A DNA stretch of 57,576 bases, the filler included, from Sphacelaria rigidula (Eukaryota), in NCBI GenBank assembly GCA_964200075.2. It is 6 parts of 6 records of this genome, joined end to end, with 100 filler letters (N's around TTAATTAATTAA, not from the genome) between each part and the next. Parts side by side here need not be neighbours in the genome. Positions count along the whole stretch, not along the records: positions 9,614 to 19,126 come from CAXNAA020008322.1; positions 19,227 to 28,739 come from CAXNAA020008323.1; 4 more parts are not named here. One strand, 5' to 3'. Positions 11,994 to 23,597 of this stretch are shown piece after piece. Within the stretch, counting starts at the first letter, position 1. Every line of letters begins with the position of its first letter. The notes beneath the pieces were generated by a model. It searched no databases. It was given only the letters and a program-made list of their open reading frames with translations, and was not told the DNA's origin. The translations under genes were made by a program, and so were the position numbers.

Positions 11994-14900
11994 GTGCCGA
12001 GGAGTGCAAATAACCTATCTCCGTGGGTCAATATTTTGAGCCACTTCCTGGGAGCGCTTTTTCTGGTCCTTTGACAGCCAGTGGATCATCTGAGTATTTA
12101 CCCTTGAAGTGAAAATGTGGTCGATTCAGGAGATGACCCATCCTGGTAGTCCAAGGGTTAAAGAACTGCCAGGGCCCTGGTGCCACCATACGCTGGTGCC
12201 TTCGGCTGGCAAGCTTACAAGTGTGCTAGACGTGACATTGCAAGAGCGTGTTTGGTCAATTTTTTATTTCATGTATAGGCTTGCAATATTCAGATATCAA
12301 GTGTAGTCCGGTCTACGTCGCGCTCGTTTACAATTAGTGAGGGAAACATAATATCCACTGAATGCTACGTACGCCGAGAAAAGGCGCCCTCCCTGCGTTA
12401 TTCTCCCACCCATTATGTCCGGAGATGCCCATCTCCCTGTGAAAAATAACCGTCGCTGAAAATGGTTCGAAGTCCGGTGGTTGCAGCTGTGGGAAAAAAC
12501 TCATAGGCTACGAACACATATCTTATCAGTGAAAAACACCGATCGAAAGCATGAAAGTGCACCATTAACGTATACGCAACTATGGATAATGGCGAAAACT
12601 CCCGATACACAAAATGGCCTCTCCCACAAGCTTGTGACTCTCTCACCTCTAGTGAACCTTCACCAAGATAGCCGCGATGCTGCCACCAAGAGGGTGGACA
12701 ATGCTACCCCCTTTTGTTCATTTGCTGGCATTACTGGCGAGCTTCGAAGGGTTATCCTCGGTGGTGGCAGAAATACGGTAATGCTACATTCACACTTCAT
12801 TTCAGCAGAGCATTGGAATATCCACTCACATTTTCGTTGCCAGCGTTTCAGGGAAACATCGAGCTAATGTGTCCAGCATATTTTCCCAATGATATGAAAG
12901 CCACAGTGTGCCCCGTTGTCATTTGACGAACGCCGCACGAGCAAAGGTATCTCCCAAATCGTTCTATGAGTGGTTTGCGGACCGTTTCCACCTTTCAAAG
13001 TTCCCATCTTTCCACTGCCTCCGAGAAACAACCCTACCTGGCTGTTGACGAACCTACAGAAGCTTTTTCGTATCTCTCGGTTTCTCTCGCTCGCCCCCTG
13101 CATCCCCTTCCTTCTTTCAGCTGCGGCTGCTCGAGACGGAACTTTCCGCCGCTGCAGCTCAACGGGACCTGATGAAGAGAGTCGCCTTATCCGCCGAAGC
13201 GAGGCAACACGCGGAAGAAGAGAAGGCTAATGAACAAGAATTGAGAGCTGAGGTGCACAGTGAAGAGAGGAAAAGCAGTCAAGAAGAGTTTCATCGCTGC
13301 AGTTGTCGATAGTTCAACGTCGACCCCCGTGTTGCACAGGCAAAGGGGCAAGAACTAGGGCTGGGTATTGGACCAGTACACACTGGCAGTATTACTGCAA
13401 CTAGCAGTGTACTGGTAGTGGAAAAAGAGCAGCCAGCACTGCAGGTACTTTCCCCCATGAGTACATCCCACGATAATGCCTCGTTATGCAACGGAAACCC
13501 ATCTAATGACGCCGCAAGCGAAGCCGAACCTTGCTTTCTTGCTCTAATGCCGCCAAATCGCGTGAAAACCTTTCCTGATTCTCGAAGTCATGAACGTGGA
13601 CGCAGGAACGTTCCTGTGGAATATTCGACAGTGAAAACTCCCCCTGCCTGCTTAATAGTTCTTATGCCTGTTGAACAAATTGATTCCAGGCGGCGGAAGG
13701 GGCAGTCGCTGCGCTAGAAGCGCGGATGGACGCACAGCCGTTGGGTCGAAATGCACAGCCACCAGACAAGCAAAGAGAGCTGGCACGGCTCATATCGCAG
13801 GCTCAGGTGGTGATTCAGAACACACGCTATCGGTGAAACATAGAAGGTGTACTCATGATCTCGCATGGCATAGCCATAAGACCATTGACTTCGCATACCT
13901 TCATAGCCGGGACGGAGCACACCGGGTTTTCGCCAGACCAGGCTCACAATCAATCACCAAGCGCGAAGCGTCGTGATGTGTTCGTCGAGTCGAATCAAGA
14001 GTGAGCTGCATCCTTCTACGCTTGTTCGGCCCGAAGCTCACTGGTTAACTTGCCTTTGGATTACAGCCTCCAATGAGTTGCTTTATTTTCTGGTATCGCC
14101 ACTTCCAGAGATAGCCACGGGTTCCACACTGCCTCATGGGTATTTCACCATGAAATCGGTCAAATATGGGAACGAACTTTAGTTGTTCAAATTCATAAAC
14201 ACGCTCGGCAGCCGCAAGATAACGCCCCCTCACCTCCGTGAGAAACCGCGACGATGTATGACCCGTTTTCCCGCTCGCATACAAAATCTCATCACGTCGC
14301 ATTCGAATGTACCTGCGGTGTTGTCCCGTGCATTTTTGCTTAATGCAGGTAGCGCGCGCGGCTGCAATCGCCCAGCGTCACGCTGCCGATCGCGAGCGAG
14401 AAGTGTACTTGCACGCCAAACGCGAGGCAGAGCGAGCGGAGCGAGACTGCCACGCAGAAACGGAGGTGAGGGAGACGCACAGTAGGACCACATTGGCCAC
14501 CTAAAAATAGGCTGTGGACGTTGCGATACAACATACTCACGTAATGTGTGGGAGGACCGCGTACTTTTCGGACTGCACCGGAATTTGAACACTCCAGGAT
14601 CGACGGTTTTCAAGACCACTCGGATCAGTCCCTGCAGAGATCGCGCCCCTGACACTAACACTACCTCTGACTGTAACCGTAACCATAGGGGAGTTTAAAG
14701 TCTGATGCGGTCCTAAATTCACGCGATCCTCCTACGCATTACACTCGAACATGATTCGACACGATAGCCGCTAGGGTTTACAACAAGATAATGTTTCAAG
14801 ATAAAGCGAGGTTATTCCGCGAGATGTTCGTATTGTATCAACTGGTGTTCACATTCCAATGCGATTGGTACGCTCAAATCCTTAAAGCTCACTCCATGTA

Positions 14901-17900
14901 CATTTTTGCGCTGTTCCAATAGCCGCCTTGAAGCACGTCCCAAGCGCGCCCCAAGTCAAGGGTCTGCGCTTCACCTCTGCGCCCATCTAAGTATTTTCCT
15001 GCCTTGTGCTGATGATATTATGTTGTCCTCGATAAGGTGCTCGAGGAGCTATCTCTAGAACGTGTCGAGCAGGAAGCGTCGCGCGCTTCTGCTGCGCACG
15101 ACAAAATGGCAGTCGAGGCGTCCGTCGCCATAAAGATGGAGTCGCACCACAGAGCGAGGGCCAATGATAGAGGACAGGCTCGTAGGGAATTGCGGGAAAA
15201 AGCACATGCACAGGTTTGATGAACGCACGAGGGGAACGCCACGGTGCCCAACTCTACAAATATATCTACATATGAGGGGAAAAGTCCTAGGAATCGCCCG
15301 CCCCTAGAGTGAATTACCGAACGAGCCGCTACATACGACGAAAAAATAGTTCGGAACTGGTCACAAGGGCTTGCGCATGCAACGCACTCCAGGTCTTGCG
15401 TATTGAGATGTCCGAATCCTGTTGATGACGCTGACCGGGCATTCACCCTCGCCTGCCTTGAAGTCGAGCACACCCTCTCAAATCTACAGCACAAGCCAAC
15501 ATTCTCATCTTGACTGACACCGCGATAGCCCCCCCCCCTCAAGGAAAGTGGATGGTTTGGGGAGGTAAAATGCACATGTGATTTAAAATGAGAGAGCCGA
15601 GCACACCGAGCAGCTGAGAACGACCACGCTAGGAATCGTTTTCGGCAAAGTCGCCCGCTTAAGGCGCCTGATGCAGTCTGAAACCGGCTATCATGCGCTG
15701 TATGATCCCTTTCTTCGTGGCAATTTTTGGGTCGGTTTCGGGGGGGGGGTGCACTCATGGTCTTGCATGCCATAGTCATAAGACCATTGACCATTGACCT
15801 CGCATTCGACGGGAGGGGGGTTATCGCGGCATTACTCCTTGGGTTCAGACGTTTGTATCCACTACGCGCAAGAGTGTGGTGGGAATTCTCATCTAGTCTG
15901 ATCGAAATCATCCTGTCTCGTTTGCTCGTTGTTCTACCGTCTCTGGTTTCGTGTTGGAGATATAACAGCGGAAGGCTGCAAAGGCGGCCCGTTCAGCCGC
16001 TGCGGAGAGGGCCAACCGACTTGTGCGTGACGCCGAGCCGGCGTTGAAAGAGGTCATGAGAATTAAGGAGGAGGCTCGTGCTCAGAGGTTTGTTGAGCCT
16101 CTCCGGCCCCACGATGAATCACGCGTACTGCGATCGAATCGCAGTCGCGATAAAGTGTCCAATTGCCAGACTCATTCATTGCGTCTTGAACATCAGGTAG
16201 CGAACGCATTTACTCTTATTCACTCAAGTTAACCGCAGCACATATAAACACACACAGTCGCATCCGAGGCAAAGCCGCATTCACACGTTCATGGGTACGC
16301 TTAGCGCTGAATGAGACCATGAAGAGTCGCTGCTCACCCCATATCAATGCATACTTCCCATATTGGAGGTGAACAACGTTTGCTTCACGACGCAGCTCAC
16401 CCCCGTACAAGTGTTGTCTGCTATTCTGGGATGCTAAATGCGGTGCCAGCTGATCAGCATGTGACATTTGAAAGTCTGTGTTCTATGCGAACCTCTGACA
16501 TAAATCAGAAAGGCGAAGGCCGGAAACAAAGGTGCGCAGCATATGAGCGGGTTGCTGCAGAAATACCATGGAACCGGTAGACGTAGTATTTTCAAGTAAG
16601 TGGGAGTTGTGAAACCACATCACGTTGAACTGAACGTTGCGTCAATACCCCCATTCCAACCCCACCCTCATCCCTCGTTCCCTCTCTCATTCACATGAGT
16701 CAGCTGGGTGTTTGTTGTGTCCATAAACCGGGACGTTTCCGTGCCCCTCGCTCTATCTGTGTATATGTATATTTCTGTGTAAATATCCAGGGTGGAGGCC
16801 ATCCTCCAGTTGAAGTCGGACACGGAGGCTGCAGCGTCTCTTATCCGAGGCAGCAACGAGCGCAGGTCAGCTGAACGGGCGAGAAAGGACGCCGCTCACG
16901 AAGCAGAGCGAGAGCAGCTAGCTGCTAAAGGTCTAAACCCGTACAAGGTGAAAACAGAATGAGCGTTAGTCCATCTTCATTCTTTTTGTCGCTCGTGAAC
17001 GGCGACGCTACCGCGGTACCCCTGGATATTGGGGGCAACTATAAACTGTACATCAGACGACGAGTGAATTTGAAAAAAAACCGTCAGTTAAGGCGTGTCG
17101 ACGTAGACTGCGTTGCAATGGTGTGTGTGCGAAAGCCGGGTCCGAATTATCATGATTTTGTGTTTTACTTTCGAAACAGAAGAATGGGTTACCGGTACTG
17201 CTGATGGATCCACTCAGCAGAGAGATGTTAAGGGCGTCTCGACACATACAGAGCTTTCCGCGGTCCTACTCCCCATATAGATGACACGGACATCGGGAAA
17301 AACATATCTTTCCTGGTGCCGGAATATTCGAATGTGGATTACATGTTGAGCGTGAAGGCGGAGTACCATCAATTTTGTGAGAGTCCAATATCGATTTCGT
17401 TACAGGCGCGCAAACTCTCTCGTCTTACCAACTCAACTGGAATCACGAACCTCCCGGTGCTACCACTGCTAGTGGTACTACCAGTATGGCAAGGCGCTTT
17501 TCGGCTGTACACCAACTTTTCAGCAGTTGTCTATCGTATCGGTCCATCCTCAGCAGTTGCCCGCATCAAGATTTGCCGCCGCCGACGGTTGACGCCTCAG
17601 GTGTTCAAGCAGCGTGACGTCGATCGTCGCGCTGTGCAAGAGGAAACGAGGCAAGAAAACGCCATCCGACGACGCAAGGAGGTGGGACACGTGCCGCCAT
17701 ATTTTCTTCGTGGTGACCATATAGATGCTCCAAATGGGCGATAATTTCGACCAAAACAGCGGCCAACCTGACTCTTGACGCTGTTCTGGTCTGAAGCAAC
17801 CCCCTATCTTACGGCGTGGACATGGGCCTGTTCTTTGCTCTCGTTCGTGGTAATGGATGCTCCAAGTCGGTGATACTTTCGACCAAAATAGCGGCCAATC

Positions 17901-18915
17901 CGACTCTGAACGCCGTTCTAGTCCAAAGCAACCCTCCAACCTACGGTGTGCGCGTGGGCCTGTTCTTTATTCTCAGGGCCGCGCCCGGCGCAGGCACGAG
18001 CCAGCTCACCACAGACCCAGAAGTCCAAACATTGTCGTTCGTCTCTTATTGAGCATAGAACCACCTCAGCACGCGATGGTTCACAGGGTCTGCCGCACCA
18101 TAGGAGGCAGGGGGGAAACCGTTCCTTGCTGTCCGTCCTAAATAAATGCTTCCTCGTCCGTAGGAGCTTGCGGGCCGTCTTCAGGAGGAGAATACCTTGA
18201 GGCAGAAACAGGACGCCCGAGAAAGGACGGAGAGAGAGCACGAGCAGCGCTTTCGGAAAGAACTGGGCAAGTGAGTCATCGGTACGCAGCCACCTGCGCC
18301 AGAAATTAATCCACATCCTCGGCGTTAGTGAAACGATACCTTAGTTCGGGTTAGAGTCTTCCTTCAAGTTAAAGTCAGGGTTCGAGTTTTTGGCGAGGAT
18401 TTCGGGTAAGGGTCGGTTGTAGGGTTGAGATCAAGAACGACCTCTGCTGCGGACACTGCTCATTGATTACCGAGAAGTGAGACGAAGGTACGAGAGCAGC
18501 TTCGCTTTAACACACATGCCGCCATCTTTCGATTTTCAGAGGCGCCAAACTTTGACTCGTTCTTTCCTGGTCGATCCCTTCCCATTGTGTACCAGGAACC
18601 GACTCTTTGTTTCTGCTGCCCCAAGCTACTCTGCAGAACTTCGGTGGCACAAACATTCGTCCCCGTCCTTCCTGATCGAGCCTTTCAAAGGTTAAAACGG
18701 CTAACGAGTGCAATTTCCGTTATCCTCTTATCATCATGTATTTTGTGCCTCTCTCGATATATGAGTCATCTCTGGTCGTCCGCTCGGCAAAATGCACCTC
18801 GGATATCAGGCACGTGACAGACGCACGCAACAGAGAGTATCTCCGCGCAAGAACGGTCGATGGTACTGATGTGTTGGACCCAACGGGGCGGACATTCAGA
18901 GTAGAACCGAGCCAG
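11841..18915 (+). CDS. CFAP74: Cilia- and flagella-associated protein 74 (central-pair C2b projection), N-terminal coiled-coil part; spliced and 3'-truncated by the contig end
   Basis: GT-AG exons with all phases matching: 13121-13252, 13690-13806, 14349-14465, 15037-15213, 15969-16087, 16791-16947, 17601-17681, 18164-18270, 18810-18915; tentative 5' exons 11841-11993 and 12487-12693. The spliced product RVEAILQLKSD...EREQLAAKGLNPYKVFKQR...RRRKEELAGRLQEE...DVLDPTGRTFRVEPSQ matches, from memory, the conserved CFAP74/FAP74 segment. Confidence 0.8.
12487..12693 (+). CDS. CFAP74: Candidate CFAP74 exon
   Basis: ttgCAG acceptor, 69 open codons ending QDSRDAATKR, weak GTGGAC donor; in phase with both neighbours. 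Confidence 0.35.
13121..13252 (+). CDS. CFAP74: CFAP74 exon
   Basis: Strong polypyrimidine tract ending tttCAG; LRLLETELSAAAAQRDLMKRVALSAEARQHAEEEKANEQELRAE; GTGCAC donor; phase 0/0. Confidence 0.75.
13690..13806 (+). CDS. CFAP74: CFAP74 exon
   Basis: ttcCAG acceptor; AAEGAVAALEARMDAQ...ELARLISQAQ; GTGGTG donor; phase 0/0. Confidence 0.6.
13846..14150 (+). mobile_element. ~305-bp copy of the G-tract dispersed repeat inside a CFAP74 intron
   Basis: Aligns over its whole length with the reverse complement of 21744-22060. Confidence 0.8.
14349..14465 (+). CDS. CFAP74: CFAP74 exon
   Basis: atgCAG acceptor; VARAAAIAQRHAADREREVYLHAKREAERAERDCHAETE; GTGAGG donor; phase 0/0. Confidence 0.8.
15037..15213 (+). 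CDS. CFAP74: CFAP74 exon
   Basis: VLEELSLERVEQEASR...RELREKAHAQ; AG acceptor and GTTTGA donor; phase 0/0. Confidence 0.8.
15969..16087 (+). CDS. CFAP74: CFAP74 exon
   Basis: aaCAG acceptor; RKAAKAARSAAAERANRLVRDAEPALKEVMRIKEEARAQ+AG; GTTTGT donor; phase 0/2. Confidence 0.8.
16791..16947 (+). CDS. CFAP74: CFAP74 exon
   Basis: atcCAG acceptor; (R)VEAILQLKSDTEAAASLIRGSNERRSAERARKDAAHEAEREQLAAKGLNPYK; GTGAAA donor; phase 2/0. Confidence 0.85.
17601..17681 (+). CDS. CFAP74: CFAP74 exon
   Basis: cctCAG acceptor; VFKQRDVDRRAVQEETRQENAIRRRKE; GTGGGA donor; phase 0/0. Confidence 0.85.
17724..17972. repeat. Intronic tandem duplication, two diverged copies with ~133-bp period
   Basis: GATGCTCCAA..TTTCGACCAAAA.AGCGGCCAA...GGGCCTGTTCTTT occurs at 17724 and 17857. 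Confidence 0.8.
18164..18270 (+). CDS. CFAP74: CFAP74 exon
   Basis: ccgTAG acceptor; ELAGRLQEENTLRQKQDARERTEREHEQRFRKELG+AA; GTGAGT donor; phase 0/2. Confidence 0.85.
18810..18915 (+). CDS. CFAP74: CFAP74 exon (last one visible before the contig end)
   Basis: atCAG acceptor; (K)HVTDARNREYLRARTVDGTDVLDPTGRTFRVEPSQ; GTACGA donor; phase 2/0. Confidence 0.85.
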
Positions 18916-19126
18916 GTACGAAAAACGCATGTATATAGCTAAAAATGCGACAGGTACACGGTTGTATTGGACACTGCATGCAATTTCTAGTCTAGTTGTA
19001 CTCACATAGGTGAATTCCGAAGTGTATTCCGGAAAGCGTGAGAACGTGAGGAAACAAAGTAGTCGACTGGGCTTGTGTGACATGAGTTAACGCGGTGCGC
19101 GAGTGCTGACCCAATCCGCGAGACCA

Positions 19127-19226
19127 NNNNNNNNNNNNNNNNNNNNNNNNNNNNNNNNNNNNNNNNNNNNTTAATTAATTAANNNNNNNNNNNNNNNNNN
19201 NNNNNNNNNNNNNNNNNNNNNNNNNN
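19127..19226. other. Artificial contig linker
   Basis: Same N44-TTAATTAATTAA-N44 structure. Confidence 0.97.
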
Positions 19227-19339
19227 ATTGAAAAAGGAAAAGGTGTCAAAACGAACATGCGCAAACTCAAATGCCAATTTTTGTTTTTCAACGTTTTTCA
19301 CCCCCCCCCCCCCCCTGCGTTTACTGTGACGACGGTTTC

Positions 19340-19512
19340 GAGAAATTGAACTTATGTGACGAAAAAATACATAAATATCGAGAATATCGATATTCGATGT
19401 TGATATTCGATATTGATAAATATCACATTTATCTACGCTCCGATACCGATATGGCATATCGCCGATATTTATCGGAATCATATCGATTATCGATATTCGA
19501 TGTGCAACACTG
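19340..19512. mobile_element. End of an ATCGAT/GATATC-rich non-autonomous element (hAT-like terminus)
   Basis: Dense ATATCG/CGATAT subterminal motifs ending GTGCAACACTG (reverse complement CAGTGTTGCAC). Confidence 0.5.
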
Positions 19513-19539
19513 CTGAGCATCGATAATTGAGAAAAGGCA

Positions 19540-20697
19540 GGCGGGCCACCCAGACCACGTCGCCAAATGTGCAGACGGCGCTGTTACAGCCATCGCAGCA
19601 GTAGGAGATGCACCAGACACGGGCCCTGCCTGGCCGAGGGGTTGGGAACTATCCGCTCCAGCACTTCCCACCGAAGTATTTGCATTTCTCACGTACACTG
19701 TCCGCCCCGATACAGACGAACCAGAGGATCCCGAGTAACCACCTGATGACGTAGTGGAAGAACCAGCAGCGGAGGAACCACCATCCGCCGCCGATTGCTT
19801 GCTACCGCGGCCGCCGCGCCTGCCGCGCCCACGCCCATGGTTGGCACGGCCCTGTCCACCGTGACGACCACCTCGAGATCATGATGAACCTCGTGCATTG
19901 CCCTGAGCAGCGTCTTGAGCGCAAGGCCTGGGGCAGTCCTTAAGCAGGTGTCCGTTGTCGACGCAGTTGTAACACGTGCGAGTAGACGACGCTCGCGAAG
20001 ACGGCTGCTGTTTCTGTTGCCGTTGTTGTTTGCGGTGCGCACCATCTGCATTTGCCGCAGAGTCACGCCTGCCATGCGCCTCGATGAACTTCCTGTGGTC
20101 GGCGGCATCAAATATTTTGTTGGACAACCCGTTGGATTTTTTTCCAACCGTCAACATACTTCAGTACGCTTCTACCATACGCCTTGAACTCCGGAGGCAA
20201 AATCCCGTCTACCAAAGCTGTGAAAACCGACTCGGCCGGGCCTGGTACATGTCTTGCACCGTGAGGTTTTCAGCGACAACCGTTTCCATCGATCAGTTGA
20301 CCATCAACACTCGATCCTTAACGGATGTTCCACCGCTTTGCTGCAGAGTGAGAGCTTTACGCAGGTCTGCTGCAGCCCGCGCATTACCATGCTTGACGCT
20401 GGTTGTGGTGTACCCGGCATCCTGCTTCACAGCATCTAGCAATTCATCGGGGGTCATAGTCCGACGGTCCTTGTACATACCTTCAAAGCACCGATGAATG
20501 TACGCAGGGATGAGTTGACCTGTACTCACCCTTGAATGCCTTACAGCTCCTTGAGTTTTTGAAAGGTCTAACCTCTCTACGTAGTCGACATATGCTGAGT
20601 ACAAACCTCTTGATGCTTCCTCGGTCCACACCTCGCCATACTTTGGCGGGTCTAGCGGCTCACCTATCACCAGCGGCGCTGCCGCCGCTTGAGCCAT
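19540..20697 (-). pseudogene. Disrupted retrotransposon gag
   Basis: Starts MAQAAAAPLVIGEP; CCHC zinc knuckle CYNCVDNGHLLKDCP (C-X2-C-X4-H-X4-C) at ~19931-19974; frame broken by stops and frameshifts; no pol seen. Confidence 0.75.
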
Positions 20698-20899
20698 GTC
20701 GTCTAGGATTCAAACACTTCATGGAAAGACTCTTGGCTGACTTGTGCGTCCTCAAGCCCACGGAGCGCCATCCACTGCTGTGCGCTTCAAGTTGTCTCCT
20801 TCCGTCTGCGGGCCTAACTGCTTCCAGCTGCGGCGCTTTCTCCTCAGCCAAACTCCTCCAACAGAGTGCCGAAAAATAATAGCTAGGTATTATAGCCTC

Positions 20900-21135
20900 T
20901 GTCAGACGATTTGGACAAGAGGACTTTCAACAAGGGACTCCTCCAGAATCACTGGCCTCGTGCTCAACAAGTCCTTTCTTCAAACTTGTTATTATCACGG
21001 AGTAATACTCAACAGATCACGAGCCAGACAGCAAGGGGTCACAAGAAAGGGCCATCAATCCAGGATCCCCTCCCTGCCCCCTGCCTCTGCTCCAACCATG
21101 CATGAGATTATACTGAAACCTAAGGCTTGGTATCA
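20900..21135 (-). mobile_element. Candidate 5' LTR of the gag element
   Basis: TG...CA-bounded 236-bp segment ~200 bp upstream of the gag ATG; no second LTR in this contig. Confidence 0.4.
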
Positions 21136-21743
21136 TTTGGCTACAAGGCGAATGATCAAAATCTCTCCTAATCAGCGCTCTCCTCTCAATCTCGTGATCG
21201 CGGTGTTCACCCTGGGTACAACGACTCATAAACACTGGTAATTGAGCCATGACATGCACAGTGTGAAACGTTACATTGGACGTTACACGTGTCAATGAAT
21301 CGTCATAGTACACGTTGCACATTCCGTGAAACGTTTCATATTACGTAGGCCCTGACTCCATCTGCTCTTTGTTTTGCTTTTTCCCTGCGTTTTGTGTTTC
21401 TTTGTCCTGTGCTTTTTGTTGTTGTTGCTTTTCTGCGCTTCTCCTGCGCCTTTTTCTGCTTTTCTGCGCCCCCCTCTTTTTCTTAGCCTGGTCCGGCGAG
21501 AACAAGGCGTGCTCCGTCCCGGCTTTGTAGGGGCGGACCCCCAATGGGGTTGGCGTCGGTTGGCGATGACGATGTAAAACACGCCACTCACTGCGTAAGC
21601 TAGGCAACCGGGTTACCGGTTTTTTTGCGCTCTTGCGTTTTTTCCCGGTAACCATGATGGTAGTCGAGCTAGATCATGTTGTGCGGTGTGGGAGAACCTC
21701 AACTCCGCACCATGGGGATGATTGTACTAGGTGGTGTTACAAC

Positions 21744-22060
21744 GGTGAGACACCCATGAGGCAGTGTATAAGCCATGGCTGTCTCCGGAAGTGGCGATAC
21801 CAGAAAATAAAGCAACTCATTGTAGGTTGTCACTCAAATGCAAGATGATCAGTAGGCTTCGGGCCGAACAATCTTAGAAGGATGCAGCTCACCCTTCATG
21901 CGACTCGCCGAACACGTGCCCGCGCTTCGCGCTTGGTGATTGAGTGCGACCCTGGTCCAGCGAAAACCCGGCGTTCTCCGTCCCGGCTTTGTAGGGATGT
22001 GAGGCCAATGATCTGATGACTATGGCATGTATGATCATCAGTACACCCCCTCCCCCCCTC
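21744..22060 (-). mobile_element. ~315-bp copy of the G-tract dispersed repeat
   Basis: Reverse complement of 13846-14150; ends in a C-rich tract on the plus strand. Confidence 0.8.
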
Positions 22061-23301
22061 TCCTCTTCTTCTGCCCCTGCTTTGTTTTCGGCCCCTCAAG
22101 TTAGTTTTCGGCCCTAAATTTCTTTCGGCCCCTCATATTGAAAAATACGACCCTACCGCACATCTCTTTTGCGTATCTCATGTTTCGTATACATTTCTCG
22201 GCGACATTTTCGACATGAGGTGTGTCTCTAGTCTTGTACCAGTACAAAATGGCACATGATTCATGAAGAGAAACTTGAATACTACGAGTATCAGTCACGC
22301 CGTGTAGTGGAATTCGACATGACCTTCGATAGTGAACAAGCGGTTTCTTGTTTACGACATGAATAGATTTGAAAAACTATAGCAAATAGATAGCGACAGA
22401 TCGCCCGGACTCCGCAATCCTCGCCGCCGGTATACCTCGAATATAAATAACACCGACGTGCCTCCTTCAGCCTGTACTCTTGTTTCTATCCTACTCCCTC
22501 TATCTTCAATCTACTATTATTCTTCCTCCTCCTCCTCATCCCCTCCCTCCATCTCCCCGCCCCCCGCCCCAGACCCCGCATCCCTATTTTCCTCCAAATG
22601 TGCTATGTGTGTGTATTGCGTACTCTCTCTGTGGTGTGTAGTGCGTGCGTGTGTATGCGGACTGCGGTGTATAGTGTATTGCTGCTGTGCAGCTGCAGAT
22701 GAGAAGATGAGAAGATCCGAGAGTCCGCGACGCAGCAACGAACGCGCACGCTGGAGTTCCGAACACAGAGAGACCCCTTAGCGGTTGAAGATAATAGAGT
22801 TTTGGAAAAGGCTTATTTGTTATTTTAGAGCGCAAATATCTCAGGATCAGAGCGAACGGAAAATCACCCCCCCCTCCGTCAAATGCGGTACCCCTTCAAC
22901 CTTTTTTCGATGAGGTCATATTTATTTTTCTGTACCTTGATCCTGAGATATTTGCACTCCGAAACGACAAAAAGAGTTTTTCGAAACTCTCTAATGCCGA
23001 AAAGGAGGGTATTGGATAGGAAGACGAAAATGCGCGAAAGGAGGAAATGACAAGGTCTATCTGCCTGTCTGTAGCTCCTCTGCCCACGGAAATTGCAAGT
23101 CTGCGCTGTCTTTTGAAAATTTGCACCAGGCAATCCCAATTGCGCTCTATTCTCTCTAGAATCTGCTGCATTTTATGGAAATCTGCCATATATTTTGGTT
23201 TTTCTGCTGCTTTTTTCCATGGCCGTTTTTCTGCGCAAAAACACGGAATTCGGCTAGTTTTGCTGCCGCAGAAGGAGTTTAGGGCCTAGAATTACGTTGA
23301 G

Positions 23302-23597
23302 CAACGTTTTCGCGAGATTGAGAGTACAGCGCTGATTGAGAGTGGCTTTAATCATTCGCTTTAACTTAGACATTTTTCCATTTCATGTGTGCTGTTCTTT
23401 GTCTCCATCACTGGCGTGTGCTTACAGCTACACGTCGATATCCTACTCAGGGATATCAAGGGCCTCAGTGGCAACCTACAACAGAAGGCACATCGGGCCT
23501 CGTGGAGGCGCATTTCGGCACTGAAACGATTCATTCACTAGTGGGGCGCTTTTCACTCTCAATCGTATCCTCTACTCTCGATCTCACGAGAACATTG
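23302..23597. mobile_element. ~296-bp MITE (CAACGTTTTCGTGAGATTGAGAGT family)
   Basis: ~43-bp imperfect TIR; full homolog at 48308-48817 and partial copies at ~9690-9778 and ~21145-21205. Confidence 0.8.

Noticed and set aside
10000..13100. Faint copia RT/integrase-like words on the minus strand (e.g. KYYGAEI, GASERNR)
   Set aside because: Matches are short and span many frames, and part of the region is better explained as plus-strand CFAP74 exons and polypyrimidine tracts; not supportable without a profile search.
15018..15911. 297-aa minus-strand ORF
   Set aside because: Antisense to a CFAP74 exon and running through repeat fragments; no recognisable motif.
13846..22060. ~310-bp inverted repeats apparently bracketing CFAP74 exons and gag as one large element
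   Set aside because: The copies are separated by a contig linker and are independent dispersed insertions.
22110..23286. 1.2-kb element bounded by GGCCCTAAA inverted ends
   Set aside because: The TIR match is short with no TSD, and the right end could equally be the start of the adjacent ACGT-rich repeat.
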